This document shows, piece by piece, positions 26,101 to 40,800 of a stretch of DNA of 49,235 bases. The stretch is taken from contig NEEC01000243.1 in assembly GCA_002189035.1 (NCBI GenBank), forward strand, positions 1-49,235, read 5' to 3'. Source of the DNA: Utricularia gibba. Lineage: Eukaryota; Plantae; Magnoliophyta. The first letter of the stretch is position 1. Every line of letters starts with the position of its first letter. The notes under the pieces are model-generated. The model was not told the DNA's origin. It did no database searches and saw only the letters and a list, made by a program, of their open reading frames with translations. The translations under genes and the position numbers were made by a program.

Positions 26101-29100
26101 TCGAGCTCGGGCCCATAGTCATTTGTGCTCGGCAAAAAACTTGATGCATTTCTTAACGTTGGGTTTTAATTGGCTGCCTACATGGTTTTCAAGGAAAAGC
26201 TTGTCGTTTTTGGGCGGGTGATGTCGTTGTGAACTTCGTTCTGACCCAAGGTTCGGTCTGACTCCTTTGCCACATCGGGTCCTACTCGACGAAAATCGTG
26301 CTGCACTTATTGAAGTTAGGATGTCATAGCACCCAAAATGGTTTTCTCAACCGCATGCTTTATATCTGAGGAGGCGCTCTCGTGGGGCAACGGTATCGAG
26401 AAGGAGGTCGAGTCGAGCTCGGGCCCATAGTCATTTGTGGCTCGGCAAAAAACTTGATGCATTTCTTAACGTTGGGTTTTAATTGGCTGCCTACATGGTT
26501 TCTCAAGGAAAAGCTTGTCGTTTTTGGGCGGGTGATGTCGTTGTGAACTTCGTTCTGACCCAAGGTTCTGACTCCTTTGCCACATCGGGTCCTACTCGAC
26601 GAAAATCGTGATGCACTTATTGAAGTTAGGATGTCATAAGCACCCAAAATGGTTTTCTCAACCGCATGCTTTATATCTGAGGAGGCGCTCTCGTGGGGCA
26701 ACGGTATCGAGAAGGAGGTCGAGTCGAGCTCGGGCCCATAGTCATTTGTGCTCGGCAAACTTGATGCATTTCTTAACGTTGGGTTTTAATTGGCTGCCTA
26801 CATGGTTTCTCAAGGAAAAGCTTGTCGTTTTTGGGCGGGTGATGTCGTTGTGAACTTCGTTCTGACCCAAGGTTCCTTTGCCACATCGGGTCCTACTCGA
26901 CGAAAATCGTGATGCACTTATTGAAGTTAGGATGTCATGAGCACCCAAAATGGTTTTCTCAACCGCATGCTTTATATTTGAGGAGGCGCTCTCGTGGGGC
27001 AACGGTATCGAGAAGGAGGTCGAGTCGAGCTCGGGCCCATAGTCATTTGTCTCGGCAAAAAACTTGATGCATTTTTAACGTTGGGTTTTAATTGGCTGCC
27101 TACATGGTTTCTCAAGGAAAAGCTTGTCGTTTTTGGGCGGTGATGTCGTTGTGAACTTCGTTCTGACCCAAGGTTCGGTCTGACTCCTTTGCCACATCGG
27201 GTCCTACTCGACGAAAATCGTGATGCACTTATTGAAGTTAGGATGTCATGAGCACCAAAATGGTTTTCTCAACCGCATGCTTTATATTGAGGAGGCGCTC
27301 TCGTGGGGCAACGGTATCGAGAAGGAGGTCGAGTCGAGCTCGGGCCCATAGTCATTTGTGCTCGGCAAAAAACTTGATGCATTTCTTAACGTTGGTTTTA
27401 ATTGGCTGCCTACATGGTTTTCTCAAGGAAAAGCTTGTCGTTTTTGGGCGGGTGATGTCGTTGTGAACTTCGTTCTGACCCAAGGTTCGGTCTGACTCCT
27501 TTGCCACATCGGGTCCTACTCGACGAAAATCGTGCTGCACTTATTGAAGTTAGGATGTCATGAGCACCCAAAATGGTTTTTCAACCGCATGCTTTATATC
27601 TGAGGAGGCGCTCTCGTGGGGCAACGGTATCGAGAGGAGGTCGAGTCGAGCTCGGGCCCATAGTCATTTGTGGCTCGGCAAAAAACTTGATGCATTTCTT
27701 AACGTTGGGTTTTAATTGGCTGCCTACATGGTTTCTCAAGGAAAAGCTTGTCGTTTTTGGCGGGTGATGTCGTTGTGAACTTCGTTCTGACCCAAGGTTC
27801 TGACTTTTGCCCATCGGGTCTACTCGACGAAAATCGTGATGCACTTATTGAAGTTAGGATGTCATAAGCACCCAAAATGGTTTTCTCAACCGCATGCTTT
27901 ATATCTGAGGAGGCGCTCTCGTGGGGCAACGGTATCGAGAAGGAGGTCGAGTCGAGCTCGGGCCCATAGTCATTTGTAGCTCGGCAAAAACTTGATGCAT
28001 TTCTTAACGTTGGGTTTTAATTGGCTGCCTACATGGTTTCTCAAGGAAAAGCTTGTCGTTTTTGGGCGGGTGATGTCGTTGTGAACTTCGTTCTGACCAA
28101 GGTTCGGTCTGACTCCTTTGCCACATCGGGTCCTACTCGACGAAAATCGTGATGCACTTATTGAAGTTAGGATGTCATGAGCACCCAAAATGGTTTTCTC
28201 AACCGCATGCTTTATATCTGAGGAGGCGCTCTCGTGGGGCAACGGTATCGAGAAGGAGGTCGAGTCGAGCTCGGGCCCATAGTCATTTGTGCTCGGCAAA
28301 AAACTTGATGCATTTCTTAACGTTGGGTTTTAATTGGCTGCCTACATGGTTTCTCAAGGAAAAGCTTGTCGTTTTTGGGCGGTGATGTCGTTGTGAACTT
28401 CGTTTCTGACCCAAGGTTCGGTCTGACTCCTTTTTCCACATCGGGTCCTACTCGACGAAATCGTGATGCACTTATTGAAGTTAGGATGTCATAAGCACCC
28501 AAAATGGTTTTCTCAACCGCATGCTTTATATCTGAGGAGGCGCTCTCGTGGGAACGGTATCGAGAAGGAGGTCGAGTCGAGCTCGGGCCCATAGTCATTT
28601 GCTCGGCAAAAAACTTGATGCATTTTTAACGTTGGGTTTTAATTGCTGCCTACATGGTTTTCAAGGAAAAGCTTGTCGTTTTTGGGCGGTGATGTCGTTG
28701 TGAACTTCGTTCTGACCCAAGGTTCGGTCTGACTCCTTTGCCACATCGGGTCCTACTCGACGAAAATCGTGATGCACTTATTGAAGTTAGGATGTCATAG
28801 CACCCAAAATGGTTTTCTCAACCGCATGCTTTATATCTGAGGAGGCGCTCTCGTGGGGCAACGGTATCGAGAAGGAGGTCGAGTCGAGCTCGGGCCCATA
28901 GTCATTTGTGGCTCGGCAAAAAACTTGATGCATTTCTTAACGTTGGTTTTAATTGGCTGCCTACATGGTTTCTCAAGGAAAAGCTTGTCGTTTTTGGGCG
29001 GGTGATGTCGTTGTGAACTTCGTTCTGACCCAAGGTTCGGTCTGACTCCTTTGCCACATCGGGTCCTACTCGACGAAAATCGTGATGCACTTATTGAAGT

Positions 29101-32100
29101 TAGGATGTCATAAGCACCCAAAATGGTTTTCTCAACCGCATGCTTTATATCTGAGGAGGCGCTCTCGTGGGGCAACGGTATTCGAGTCGAGCTCGGGCCC
29201 ATAGTCATTTGTGGCTCGGCAAAAAACTTGATGCATTTCTTAACGTTGGGTTTTAATTGGCTGCCTACATGGTTTCTCAAGGAAAAGCTTGTCGTTTTTG
29301 GGCGGGATGTCGTTGTGAACTTCGTTCTGACCCAAGGTTCGGTCTGACTCCTTTGCCACATCGGGTCCTACTCGACGAAAATCGTGTGCACTTATTGAAG
29401 TTAGGATGTCATGAGCACCCAAAATGGTTTTCTCAACCGCATGCTTTATATTTGATAAGGCGCTCTCGTGGGGCAACGGTATCGAGAGGAGGTCGAGTCG
29501 AGCTCGGGCCCATAGTCATTTGTGGCTCGGCAAAAAACTTGATGCATTTCTTAACGTTGGGTTTTAATTGGCTGCCTACATGGTTTTTCAAGGAAAAGCT
29601 TGTCGTTTTTGGGCGGGTGATGTCGTTGTGAACTTCGTTCTGACCCAAGGTTACATCGGGTCCTACTCGACGAAAATCGTGATGCACTTATTGAAGTTAG
29701 GATGTCATAAGCACCCAAAATGGTTTTCTCAACCGCATGCTTTATATCTGAGGAGGCGCTCTCGTGGGGCAACGGTATCGAGAAGGAGGTCGAGTCGAGC
29801 TCGGGCCCATAGTCATTTGTGCTCGGCAAAAAACTTGATGCATTTCTTAACGTTGGGTTTTAATTGGCTGCCTACATGGTTTCTCAAGGAAAAGCTTGTC
29901 GTTTTTGGGCGGGTGATGTCGTTGTGAACTTCGTTCTGACCCAAGGTTCGGTCTGACTCCTTTGCCACATCGGGTCTACTCGACGAAAATCGTGATGCAC
30001 TTATTGAAGTTAGGATGTCATAACCAAAATGTTTTCTCAACCGCATGCTTTATATCTGAGGAGGCGCTCTCGTGGGGCAACGGTATCGAGAAGGAGGTCG
30101 AGTCGAGCTCGGGCCATAGTCATTTGTGCTCGGCAAAAAACTTGATGCATTTCTTAACGTTGGGTTTTAATTGGCTGCCTACATGGTTTCTCAAGGAAAA
30201 GCTTGTCGTTTTTGGGCGGGTGATGTCGTTGTGAACTTCGTTCTGACCCAAGGTTCGGTCTGACTCCTTTGCCACATCGGGTCCTACTCGACGAAAATCG
30301 TGCTGCACTTATTGAAGTTAGGATGTCATGAGCACCCAAAATGGTTTTCTCAACGCATGCTTTATACTGAGGAGGCGCTCTCGTGGGGCAACGGTATCGA
30401 GAAGGAGGTCGAGTCGAGCTCGGGCCCATAGTCATTTGTGGCTCGGCAAAAAACTTGATGCATTTCTTAACGTTGGGTTTTAATTGGCTGCCTACATGGT
30501 TTCTCAAGGAAAAGCTTGTCGTTTTTGGGCGGGTGATGTCGTTGTGAACTTCGTTCTGACCCAAGGTTCGGTCTGACTCCTACATCGGGTCCTACTCGAC
30601 GAAAATCGTGATGCACTTATTGAAGTTAGGATGTCATGAGCACCCAAATGGTTTTCTCAACCGCATGCTTTATATCTGAGGAGGCGCTCTCGTGGGGCAA
30701 CGGTATCGAGAAGGAGGTCGAGTCGAGCTCGGGCCCATAGTCATTTGTTCGGCAAAAAACTTGATGCATTTCTTAACGTTGGGTTTTAATTGGCTGCCTA
30801 CATGGTTTCTCAAGGAAAAGCTTGTCGTTTTTGGGCGGTGATGTCGTTGTGAACTTCGTTCTGACCCAAGGTTCGGTCTGACTCCTTTGCCACATCGGGT
30901 CCTACTCGACGAAAATCGTGGCACTTATTGAAGTTAGGATGTCATGAGCACCCAAAATGGTTTTCTCAACCGCATGCTTTATATTTGGGCGCTCTCGTGG
31001 GGCAACGGTATCGAGAAGGAGGTCGAGTCGAGCTCGGGCCCATAGTCATTTGTGGCTCGGCAAAAAACTTGATGCATTTCTTAACGTTGGGTTTTAATTG
31101 GCTGCCTACATGGTTTCAAGGAAAAGCTTGTCGTTTTTGGGCGGGTGATGTCGTTGTGAACTTCGTTCTGACCCAAGGTTCCTTTTCGGGTCCTACTCGA
31201 CGAAATCGTGATGCACTTATTGAAGTTAGGATGTCATAAGCACCCAAAATGGTTTTCTCAACCGCATGCTTTATATCTGAGGAGGCGCTCTCGTGGGGCA
31301 ACGGTATCGAGAAGGAGGTCGAGTCGAGCTCGGGCCCATAGTCATTTGGCTCGGCAAAAAACTTGATGCATTTCTTAACGTTGGGTTTTAATTGGCTGCC
31401 TACATGGTTTCTCAAGGAAAAGCTTGTCGTTTTTGGGCGGGTGATGTCGTTGTGAACTTCGTTCTGACCCAAGGTTCGGTCTGACTCCTTTTCCACATCG
31501 GGTCCTACTCGACGAAAATCGTGATGCACTTATTGAAGTTAGGAGTCATGAGCACCCAAAATGGTTTTCTCAACCGCATGCTTTATATCTGAGGAGGCGC
31601 TCTCGTGGGGCAACGGTATCGAGGGAGGTCGAGTCGAGCTCGGGCCCATAGTCATTTGTGCTCGGCAAAAAACTTGATGCATTTCTTAACGTTGGGTTTT
31701 AATTGGCTGCCTACATGGTTTCTCAAGGAAAAGCTTGTCGTTTTTGGGCGGTGATGTCGTTGTGAACTTCGTTCTGACCCAAGGTTCGGTCTGACTCCTT
31801 TTCGGGTCCTACTCGACGAAAATCGTGATGCACTTATTGAAGTTAGGATGTCATAGCACCCAAAATGGTTTTCTCAACCGCATGCTTTATATCTGAGGAG
31901 GCGCTCTCGTGGGGCAACGGTATCGAGAAGGAGGTCGAGTCGAGCTCGGGCCCATAGTCATTTGTACTCGGCAAAAAACTTGATGCATTTCTTAACGTTG
32001 GGTTTTAATTGGCTGCCTACATGGTTTCTCAAGGAAAAGCTTGTCGTTTTTGGGCGGTGATGTCGTTGTGAACTTCGTTCTGACCCAAGGTTCGGTCTGA

Positions 32101-34540
32101 CTCCTTTGCCACATCGGTCTACTCGACGAAATCGTGCTGCACTTATTGAAGTTAGGATGTCATGAGCACCCAAAATGGTTTTCTCAACCGCATGCTTTAT
32201 ATTTGAAAGGCGCTCTCGTGGGGCAACGGTATCGAGAAGGAGGTCGAGTCGAGCTCGGGCCCATAGTCATTTGTGGCTCGGCAAAAAACTTGATGCATTT
32301 CTTAACGTTGGGTTTTAATTGGCTGCCTACATGGTTTCTCAAGGAAAAGCTTGTCGTTTTGGGCGGGTGATGTCGTTGTGAACTTCGTTCTGACCCAAGG
32401 TTTCCTTTGCCACATCGGGTCCTACTCGACGAAAATCGTGATGCACTTATTGAAGTTAGGATGTCATAAGCACCCAAAATGGTTTTCTCAACCGCATGCT
32501 TTATATCTGAGGAGGCGCTCTCGTGGGGCAACGGTATCGAGGAGGTCGAGTCGAGCTCGGGCCCATAGTCATTTGTGCTCGGCAAAAAACTTGATGCATT
32601 TCTTAACGTTGGGTTTTAATTGGCTGCCTACATGGTTTCTCAAGGAAAAGCTTGTCGTTTTTGGGCGGGTGATGTCGTTGTGAACTTCGTTCTGACCCAA
32701 GGTTCGTCTGACTCCTTTGCCACATCGGGTCCTACTCGACGAAATCGTGATGCACTTATTGAAGTTAGGATGTCATAAGCACCCAAAATGGTTTTCTCAA
32801 CCGCATGCTTTATATCTGAGGAGGCGCTCTCGGGGCAACGGTATCGAGAAGGAGGTCGAGTCGAGCTCGGGCCATAGTCATTTGTGCTCGGCAAAAAACT
32901 TGATGCATTTCTTAACGTTGGGTTTTAATTGGCTGCCTACATGGTTTCTCAAGGAAAAGCTTGTCGTTTTTGGGCGGGTGATGTCGTTGTGAACTTCGTT
33001 CTGACCCAAGGTTCGGTCTGACTCCTTTGCCAATCGGGTCCTACTCGACGAAAATCGTGCTGCACTTATTGAAGTTAGGATGTCATGAGCACCCAAAATG
33101 GTTTTCTCAACCGCATGCTCGCTCTCGTGGGGCAACGGTATCGAGAAGGAGGTCGAGTCGAGCTCGGGCCCATAGTCATTTGTGGCTCGGCAAAACTTGA
33201 TGCATTTCTTAACGTTGGGTTTTAATTGGCTGCCTACATGGTTTCTCAAGGAAAAGCTTGTCGTTTTTGGGCGGGTGATGTCGTTGTGAACTCGTTCTGA
33301 CCCAAACATCGGGTCCTACTCGACGAAAATCGTGATGCACTTATTGAAGTTAGGATGTCATGAGCACCCAAAATGGTTTTCTCAACCGCATGCTTTATAT
33401 CTGAGGAGGCGCTCTCGTGGGGCAACGGTATCGAGAAGGAGGTCGAGTCGAGCTCGGGCCATAGTCATTTGCTCGGCAAAAAACTTGATGCATTTCTTAA
33501 CGTTGGGTTTTAATTGGCTGCCTACATGGTTTCTCAAGGAAAAGCTTGTCGTTTTTGATATGAACTTCGTTCTGACTACATCGGGTCCTACTCGACGAAA
33601 ATCGTGCTGCACTTATTGAAGTTAGGATGTCATGAGCACCCAAAATGGTTTTCTCAACCGCATGCTTTATATCTGAGGAGGCGCTCTCGTGGGGCAACGG
33701 TATCGAGAAGGAGGTCGAGTCGAGCTCGGGCCCATAGTCATTTGTGGCTCGGCAAAAAACTTGATGCATTTCTTAACGTTGGGTTTTAATTGGCTGCCTA
33801 CATGGTTTCTCAAGGAAAAGCTTGTCGTTTTTGGGCGGGTGATGTCGTTGTGAACTTCGTTCTGACCCAAGGTTCGGTCTGACTCCTTTTGCCACATCGG
33901 GTCCTACTCGACGAAAATCGTGATGCACTTATTGAAGTTAGGATGTCATAAGCACCCAAAATGGTTTTCTCAACCGCATGCTTTATATCTGAGGAGGCGC
34001 TCTCGTGGGGCAACGGTATCGAGAAGGAGGTCGAGTCGAGCTCGGGCCCATAGTCATTTGTGCTCGGCAAAAAACTTGATGCATTTCTTAACGTTGGGTT
34101 TTAATTGGCTGCCTACATGGTTTCTCAAGGAAAAGCTTGTCGTTTTTGGGCGGTGATGTCGTTGAACTTCGTTCTGACCCAAGGTTCGGTGACTCCTTTG
34201 CCACATCGGGTCACTCGACGAAAATCGTGCTGCACTTATTGAAGTTAGGATGTCATGAGCACCCAAAATGGTTTTCTCAACCGCATGCTTTATATTGAGG
34301 CGCTCTCGTGGGGCAACGGTATCGAGAAGGAGGTCGAGTCGAGCTCGGGCCCATAGTCATTTGTGCTCGGCAAAAAACTTGATGCATTTTTAACGTTGGG
34401 TTTTAATTGGCTGCCTACATGGTTTCTCAAGGAAAAGCTTGTCGTTTTTGGGCGGGTGATGTCGTTGTGAACTTCGTTCTGACCCAAGGTTCCCACATCG
34501 GGTCCTACTCGACGAAAATCGTGATGCACTTATTGAAGTT

Positions 34541-34855
34541 AGGATGTCATAAGCACCCAAAATGGTTTTCTCAACCGCATGCTTTATATCTGAGGAGGCG
34601 CTCTCGTGGGGCAACGGTATCGAGAAGGAGGTCGAGTCGAGCTCGGGCCCATAGTCATTTGTAGCTCGGCAAAAAACTTGATGCATTTCTTAACGTTGGG
34701 TTTTAATTGGCTGCCTACATGGTTTCTCAAGGAAAAGCTTGTCGTTTTTGGGCGGGTGATGTCGTTGTGAACTTCGTTCTGACCCAAGGTTCGGTCTGAC
34801 TCCTTTGCCACATCGGGTCCTACTCGACGAAAATCGTGATGCACTTATTGAAGTT
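34541..34855. repeat. Representative full-length 315-bp monomer
   Basis: Consecutive monomer starts at 34541 and 34856 are exactly 315 bp apart; the same holds for 47730 and 48045. Hand count of the consensus: A68 C67 G86 T94 (48.6% GC). The monomer has single SacI (99-104), ApaI (105-110), SphI (37-42), NsiI (141-146), AclI (152-157) and HindIII (195-200) sites. Confidence 0.95.
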
Positions 34856-37800
34856 AGGATGTCATAAGCACGGTTTTCTCAACCGCATGCTTTATATCTG
34901 AGGAGGCGCTCTCGTGGGGCAACGGTATCGAGAAGGAGGTCGAGTCGAGCTCGGGCCCATAGTCATTTGTGCTCGGCAAAAAACTTGATGCATTTCTTAA
35001 CGTTGGGTTTAATTGGCTGCCTACATGGTTTCTCAAGGAAAAGCTTGTCGTTTTTGGGCGGGTGATGTCGTTGTGAACTTCGTTCTGACCCAAGGTTCGG
35101 TCTGACTCCTTTGCCACATCGGGTCCTACTCGACGAAATCGTGATGCACTTATTGAAGTTAGGATGTCATAAGCACCCAAAATGGTTTTCTCAACCGCAT
35201 GCTTTATATTGAGGAGGCGCTCTCGTGGGGCAACGGTATCGAGAGGAGGTCGAGTCGAGCTCGGGCCCATAGTCATTTGTAGCTCGGCAAAAAACTTGAT
35301 GCATTTTTAACGTTGGGTTTTAATTGGCTGCCTACATGGTTTCTCAAGGAAAAGCTTGTCGTTTTTGGCGGGTGATGTCGTTGTGAACTTCGTTCTGACC
35401 AAGGTTCGGTCTGACTCCTTTGCCACATCGGGTCTACTCGACGAAAATCGTGATGCACTTATGAAGTTAGGATGTCATAAGCACCCAAAATGGTTTTCTC
35501 AACCGCATGCTTTATATCTGAGGAGGCGCTCTCGTGGCAACGGTATCGAGAAGGAGGTCGAGTCGAGCTCGGGCCATAGTCATTTGTAGCTCGGCAAAAA
35601 CTTGATGCATTTCTTAACGTTGGGTTTTAATTGGCTGCCTACATGGTTTCTCAAGGAAAAGCTTGTCGTTTTTGGGCGGGTGATGTCGTTGTGAACTTCG
35701 TTCTGACCCAAGGTTCGGTCTGACTCCTTTCCACATCGGGTCCTACTCGACGAAAATCGTGATGCACTTATTGAAGTTAGGATGTCATAGCACCCAAAAT
35801 GGTTTTCTCAACCGCATGCTTTATATCTGAGGAGGCGCTCTCGTGGGGCAACGGTATCGAGAAGGAGGTCGAGTCGAGCTCGGGCCCATAGTCATTTGTG
35901 GCTCGGCAAAAAACTTGATGCATTTCTTAACGTTGGGTTTTAATTGGCTGCCTACATGGTTTCTCAAGGAAAAGCTTGTCGTTTTGGGCGGGTGATGTCG
36001 TTGTGAACTTCGTTCTGATTCGGTCTGACTCACATCGGGTCCTACTCGACGAAAATCGTGATTTATTGAAGTTAGGATGTCATGCACCAAAATGGTTTTC
36101 TCAACCGCATGCTTTAAGGAGGCGCTCTCGTGGGGCAACGGTATCGAGAAGGAGGTCGAGTCGAGCTCGGGCCCATAGTCATTTGTGCTCGGCAAAAAAC
36201 TTGATGCATTTTAACGTTGGGTTTTAATTGGCTGCCTACATGGTTTCTCAAGGAAAAGCTTGTCGTTTTTGGGCGGGTGATGTCGTTGTGAACTTCGTTC
36301 TGACCCAAGGTTCGGTCTGACTCCTTTGCCACATCGGGTCCTACTCGACGAAAATCGTGATGCACTTATTGAAGTTAGGATGTCATAAGCACCCAAAATG
36401 GTTTTCTCAACCGCATGCTTTATATCTGAGGAGGCGCTCTCGTGGGGCAACGGTATCGACGAGTCGAGCTCGGGCCCATAGTCATTTGTGCTCGGCAAAA
36501 AACTTGATGCATTTCTTAACGTTGGGTTTTAATTGGCTGCCTACATGGTTTCTCAAGGAAAAGCTTGTCGTTTTTGGGCGGTGATGTCGTTGTGAACTTC
36601 GTTCTGACCCAAGGTTCGGTCTGGGGTCTACTCGACGAAAATCGTGCCTTATTGAAGTTAGGATGTCATAAGCACCCAAAATGGTTTTCTCAACCGCATG
36701 CTTTATAGGAGGCGCTCTCGTGGGGCAACGGTATCGAGAAGGAGGTCGAGTCGAGCTCGGGCCATAGTCATTTGTAGCTCGGCAAAAAACTTGATGCATT
36801 TCTTAACGTTGGGTTTTAATTGGCTGCCTACATGGTTTCTCAAGGAAAAGCTTGTCGTTTTTGGGCGGGTGATGTCGTTGTGAACTTCGTTCTGACCCAA
36901 GGTTCGGTCTGACTCCTTTGCCACATCGGGTCCTACTCGACGAAAATCGTGCTGCACTTATTGAAGTTAGGATGTCATGAGCACCCAAAATGGTTTTCTC
37001 AACCGCATGCTTTATATCTGAGGAGGCGCTCTCGTGGGGCAACGGTATCGAGAAGGAGGTCGAGTCGAGCTCGGGCCCATAGTCATTTGTGCTCGGCAAA
37101 AAACTTGATGCATTTCTTAACGTTGGGTTTTAATTGGCTGCCTACATGGTTTCTCAAGGAAAAGCTTGTCGTTTTTGGGCGGTGATGTCGTTGTGAACTT
37201 CGTTCTGACCCAAGGTTCGGTCTGACTCCTTTGCCACATCGGGTCTACTCGACGAAAATCGTGATGCACTTATTGAAGTTAGGATGTCATAAGCACCCAA
37301 AATGGTTTTCTCAACCGCATGCTTTATATCTGAGGAGGCGCTCTCGTGGGGCAACGGTATCGAGAGGGAGGTCGAGTCGAGCTCGGCCCATAGTCATTTG
37401 TAGCTCGGCAAAAAACTTGATGCATTTCTTAACGTTGGGTTTTAATTGGCTGCCTACATGGTTTCTCAAGGAAAAGCTTGTCGTTTTTGGGCGGTGATGT
37501 CGTTGTGAACTTCGTTCTGACCCAAGGTTCGGTCTGACTCCTTTGACATCGGGTCTACTCGACGAAAATCGTGATTTATTGAAGTTAGGATGTCATGAGC
37601 ACCCAAAATGGTTTTCTCAACCGCATGCTTTATATTAGGAGGCGCTCTCGTGGGCAACGGTATCGAGAAGGAGGTCGAGTCGAGCTCGGGCCCATAGTCA
37701 TTTGTAGCTCGGCAAAAAACTTGATGCATTTCTTAACGTTGGGTTTTAATTGGCTGCCTACATGGGTTTCTCAAGGAAAAGCTTGTCGTTTTTGGGCGGG

Positions 37801-40800
37801 TGATGTCGTTGTGAACTTCGTTCTGACCCAAGGTTCGGTCTGACTCCTTTGCCACATCGGGTCCTACTCGACGAAAATCGTGATGCACTTATTGAAGTTA
37901 GGATGTCATGAGCACCAAAATGGTTTTCTCAACGCATGCTTTATATCTGAGGAGGCGCTCTCGTGGGGCAACGGTATCGAGAAGGAGGTCGAGTCGAGCT
38001 CGGCCCATAGTCATTTGTAGCTCGGCAAAAAACTTGATGCATTTCTTAACGTTGGGTTTTAATTGGCTGCCTACATGGTTTCTCAAGGAAAAGCTTGTCG
38101 TTTTTGGGCGGGTGATGTCGTTGTGAACTTCGTTCTGACCCAAGGTTCGGTCTGACTCCTTTGCCACATCGGGTCTACTCGACGAAATCGTGATGCACTT
38201 ATTGAAGTTAGGATGTCATAAGCACCCAAAATGGTTTTCTCAACCGCATGCTTTATATCTGAGGAGGCGCTCTCGTGGGGCAACGGTATCGAGAAGGAGG
38301 TCGAGTCGAGCTCGGGCCCATAGTCATTTGTAGCTCGGCAAAAAACTTGATGCATTTATTAACGTTGGGTTTTTGGCTGCCTACATGGTTTCTCAAGGAA
38401 AAGCTTGTCGTTTTTGGGGTGATGTCGTTGTGAACTTCGTTCTGACCCAAGGTTCGGTCTGACTCCTTTGCCACATCGGGTCCTACTCGACGAAAATCGT
38501 GATGCACTTATTGAAGTTAGGATGTCATGAGCACCCAAAATGGTTTTCTCAACCGCATGCTTTATATTGAGGAGGCGCTCTCGTGGGGCAACGGTATCGT
38601 CGAGTCGAGCTCGGCCCATAGTCATTTGTGGCTCGGCAAAAAAACTTGATGCATTTTTTAACGTTGGGTTTTAATTGGCTGCCTACATGGTTTTCAAGGA
38701 AAAGCTTGTCGTTTTTGGGCGGGTGATGTCGTTGTGAACTTCGTTCTGACCAAGGTTCGGTCTGACTCCTTTGCCACATCGGGTCCTACTCGACGAAAAT
38801 TTATTGAAGTTAGGATGTCATGAGCACCCAAATGTCAACCGCTGCTTTATATTGAGGAGGCGCTCTCGTGGGGCACGGTATCGAGAGGTCGAGTCGAGCT
38901 CGGCCATAGTCATTTGTTCGGCAAAAAACTTGATGCATTTCTTAACGTTGGGTTTTAATTGGCTGCCTACATGGTTTCTCAAGGAAAAGCTTGTCGTTTT
39001 TGGGCGGGTGATGTCGTTGTGAACTTCGTTCTGACCAAGGTTCGGTCTGACTCCTTTTTCCACATCGGGTCCTACACGAAAATCGTGATGCACTTATTGA
39101 AGTTAGGATGTCATAAGCACCCAAAATGGTTTTCTCAACCGCATGCTTTATATCTGAGGAGGCGCTCTCGTGGGGCAACGGTATCGAGAAGGAGGTCGAG
39201 TCGAGCTCGGGCCATAGTCATTTGTAGCTCGGCAAAAAACTGATGCATTTTTAACGTTGGGTTTTAATTGGCTGCCTACATGGTTTCAAGGAAAAGCTTG
39301 TCGTTTTTGGCGGGTGATGTCGTTGTGAACTTCGTTCTGACCCAAGGTTCGGTCTGACTCCTTTGCCACATCGGGTCCTACTCGACGAAATCGTGATGCA
39401 CTTATTGAAGTTAGGATGTGCACCCAAAATGGTTTTCTCAACCGCATGCTTATATTTGATAAGGCGCTCTCGTGGGGCAACGGTATCGAGCAGGTCGAGT
39501 CGAGCTCGGGCCCATAGTCATTTGTAGCTCGGCAAAAAACTTGATGCATTTCTTAACGTTGGGTTTTAATTGGCTGCCTACATGGTTTCTCAAGGAAAAG
39601 CTTGTCGTTTTTGGGCGGTGATGTCGTTGTGAACTTCGTTCTGACCCAAGGTTCGGTCTGACTCACATCGGTCCTACTCGACGAAATCGTGATGCTTATT
39701 GAAGTTAGGATGTCATAAGCACCCAAAATGGTTTTCTCAACCGCATGCTTTATCGGAGGCGCTCTCGTGGGGCAACGGTATCGAGAAGAGGTCGAGTCGA
39801 GCTCGGGCCCATAGTCATTTGTAGCTCGGCAAAAAACTTGATGCATTTCTTAACGTTGGGTTTTAATTGGCTGCCTACATGGTTTCTCAAGGAAAAGCTT
39901 GTCGTTTTTGGGCGGGTGATGTCGTTGTGAACTTCGTTCTGACCCAAGGTTCGGTCTGACTCCTTTGCCACATCGGGTCCTACTCGACGAAAATCGTGAT
40001 GCACTTATTGAAGTTAGGATGTCATGAGCACCAAAATGGTTTTCTCAACCGCATGCTTTATATCTGAGGAGGCGCTCTCGTGGGGCAACGGTATCGAGAA
40101 GGAGGTCGAGTCGAGCTCGGGCCCATAGTCATTTGTAGCTCGGCAAAAAACTTGATGCATTTCTTAACGTTGGGTTTTAATTGGCTGCCTACATGGTTTC
40201 TCAAGGAAAAGCTTGTCGTTTTTGGGCGGGTGATGTCGTTGTGAACTTCGTTCTGACCCAAGGTTCGGTCTGACTCCTTTGCCACATCGGGTCCTACTCG
40301 ACGAAAATCGTGATGCACTTATTGAAGTTAGGATGTCATAAGCACCCAAAATGGTTTTCTCAACCGCATGCTTTATATCTGAGGAGGCGCTCTCGTGGGG
40401 CAACGGTATCGAGAAGGAGGTCGAGTCGAGCTCGGGCCCATAGTCATTTGTAGCTCGGCAAAAAACTGATGCATTTTTAACGTTGGGTTTTAATTGGCTG
40501 CCTACATGGTTTCTCAAGGAAAAGCTTGTCGTTTTTGGCGGGTGATGTCGTTGTGAACTTCGTTCTGACCCAAGGTTCGGTCTGACTCCTTTGCCACATC
40601 GGGTCCTACTCGACGAAAATCGTGATGCACTTATTGAAGTTAGGATGTCATGCACCCAAAATGGTTTTCTCAACCGCATGCTTTATATCTGAGGAGGCGC
40701 TCGTGGGGCAACGGTATCGAGAGGTCGAGTCGAGCTCGGGCCCATAGTCATTTGTGGCTCGGCAAAAAACTTGATGCATTTTTTAACGTTGGGTTTTAAT

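Larger units (their letters stand above)
871..26880. repeat. Array region where 305-bp monomers (10-bp deletion) are interspersed with 315-bp monomers
   Basis: GGTTCCTTTGCC replaces GGTTCGGTCTGACTCCTTTGCC in about 33 copies (e.g. 871, 1798, 4269, 6731, 12165, 17081, 25641, 26871). It is nearly absent after 27 kb. Confidence 0.85.
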
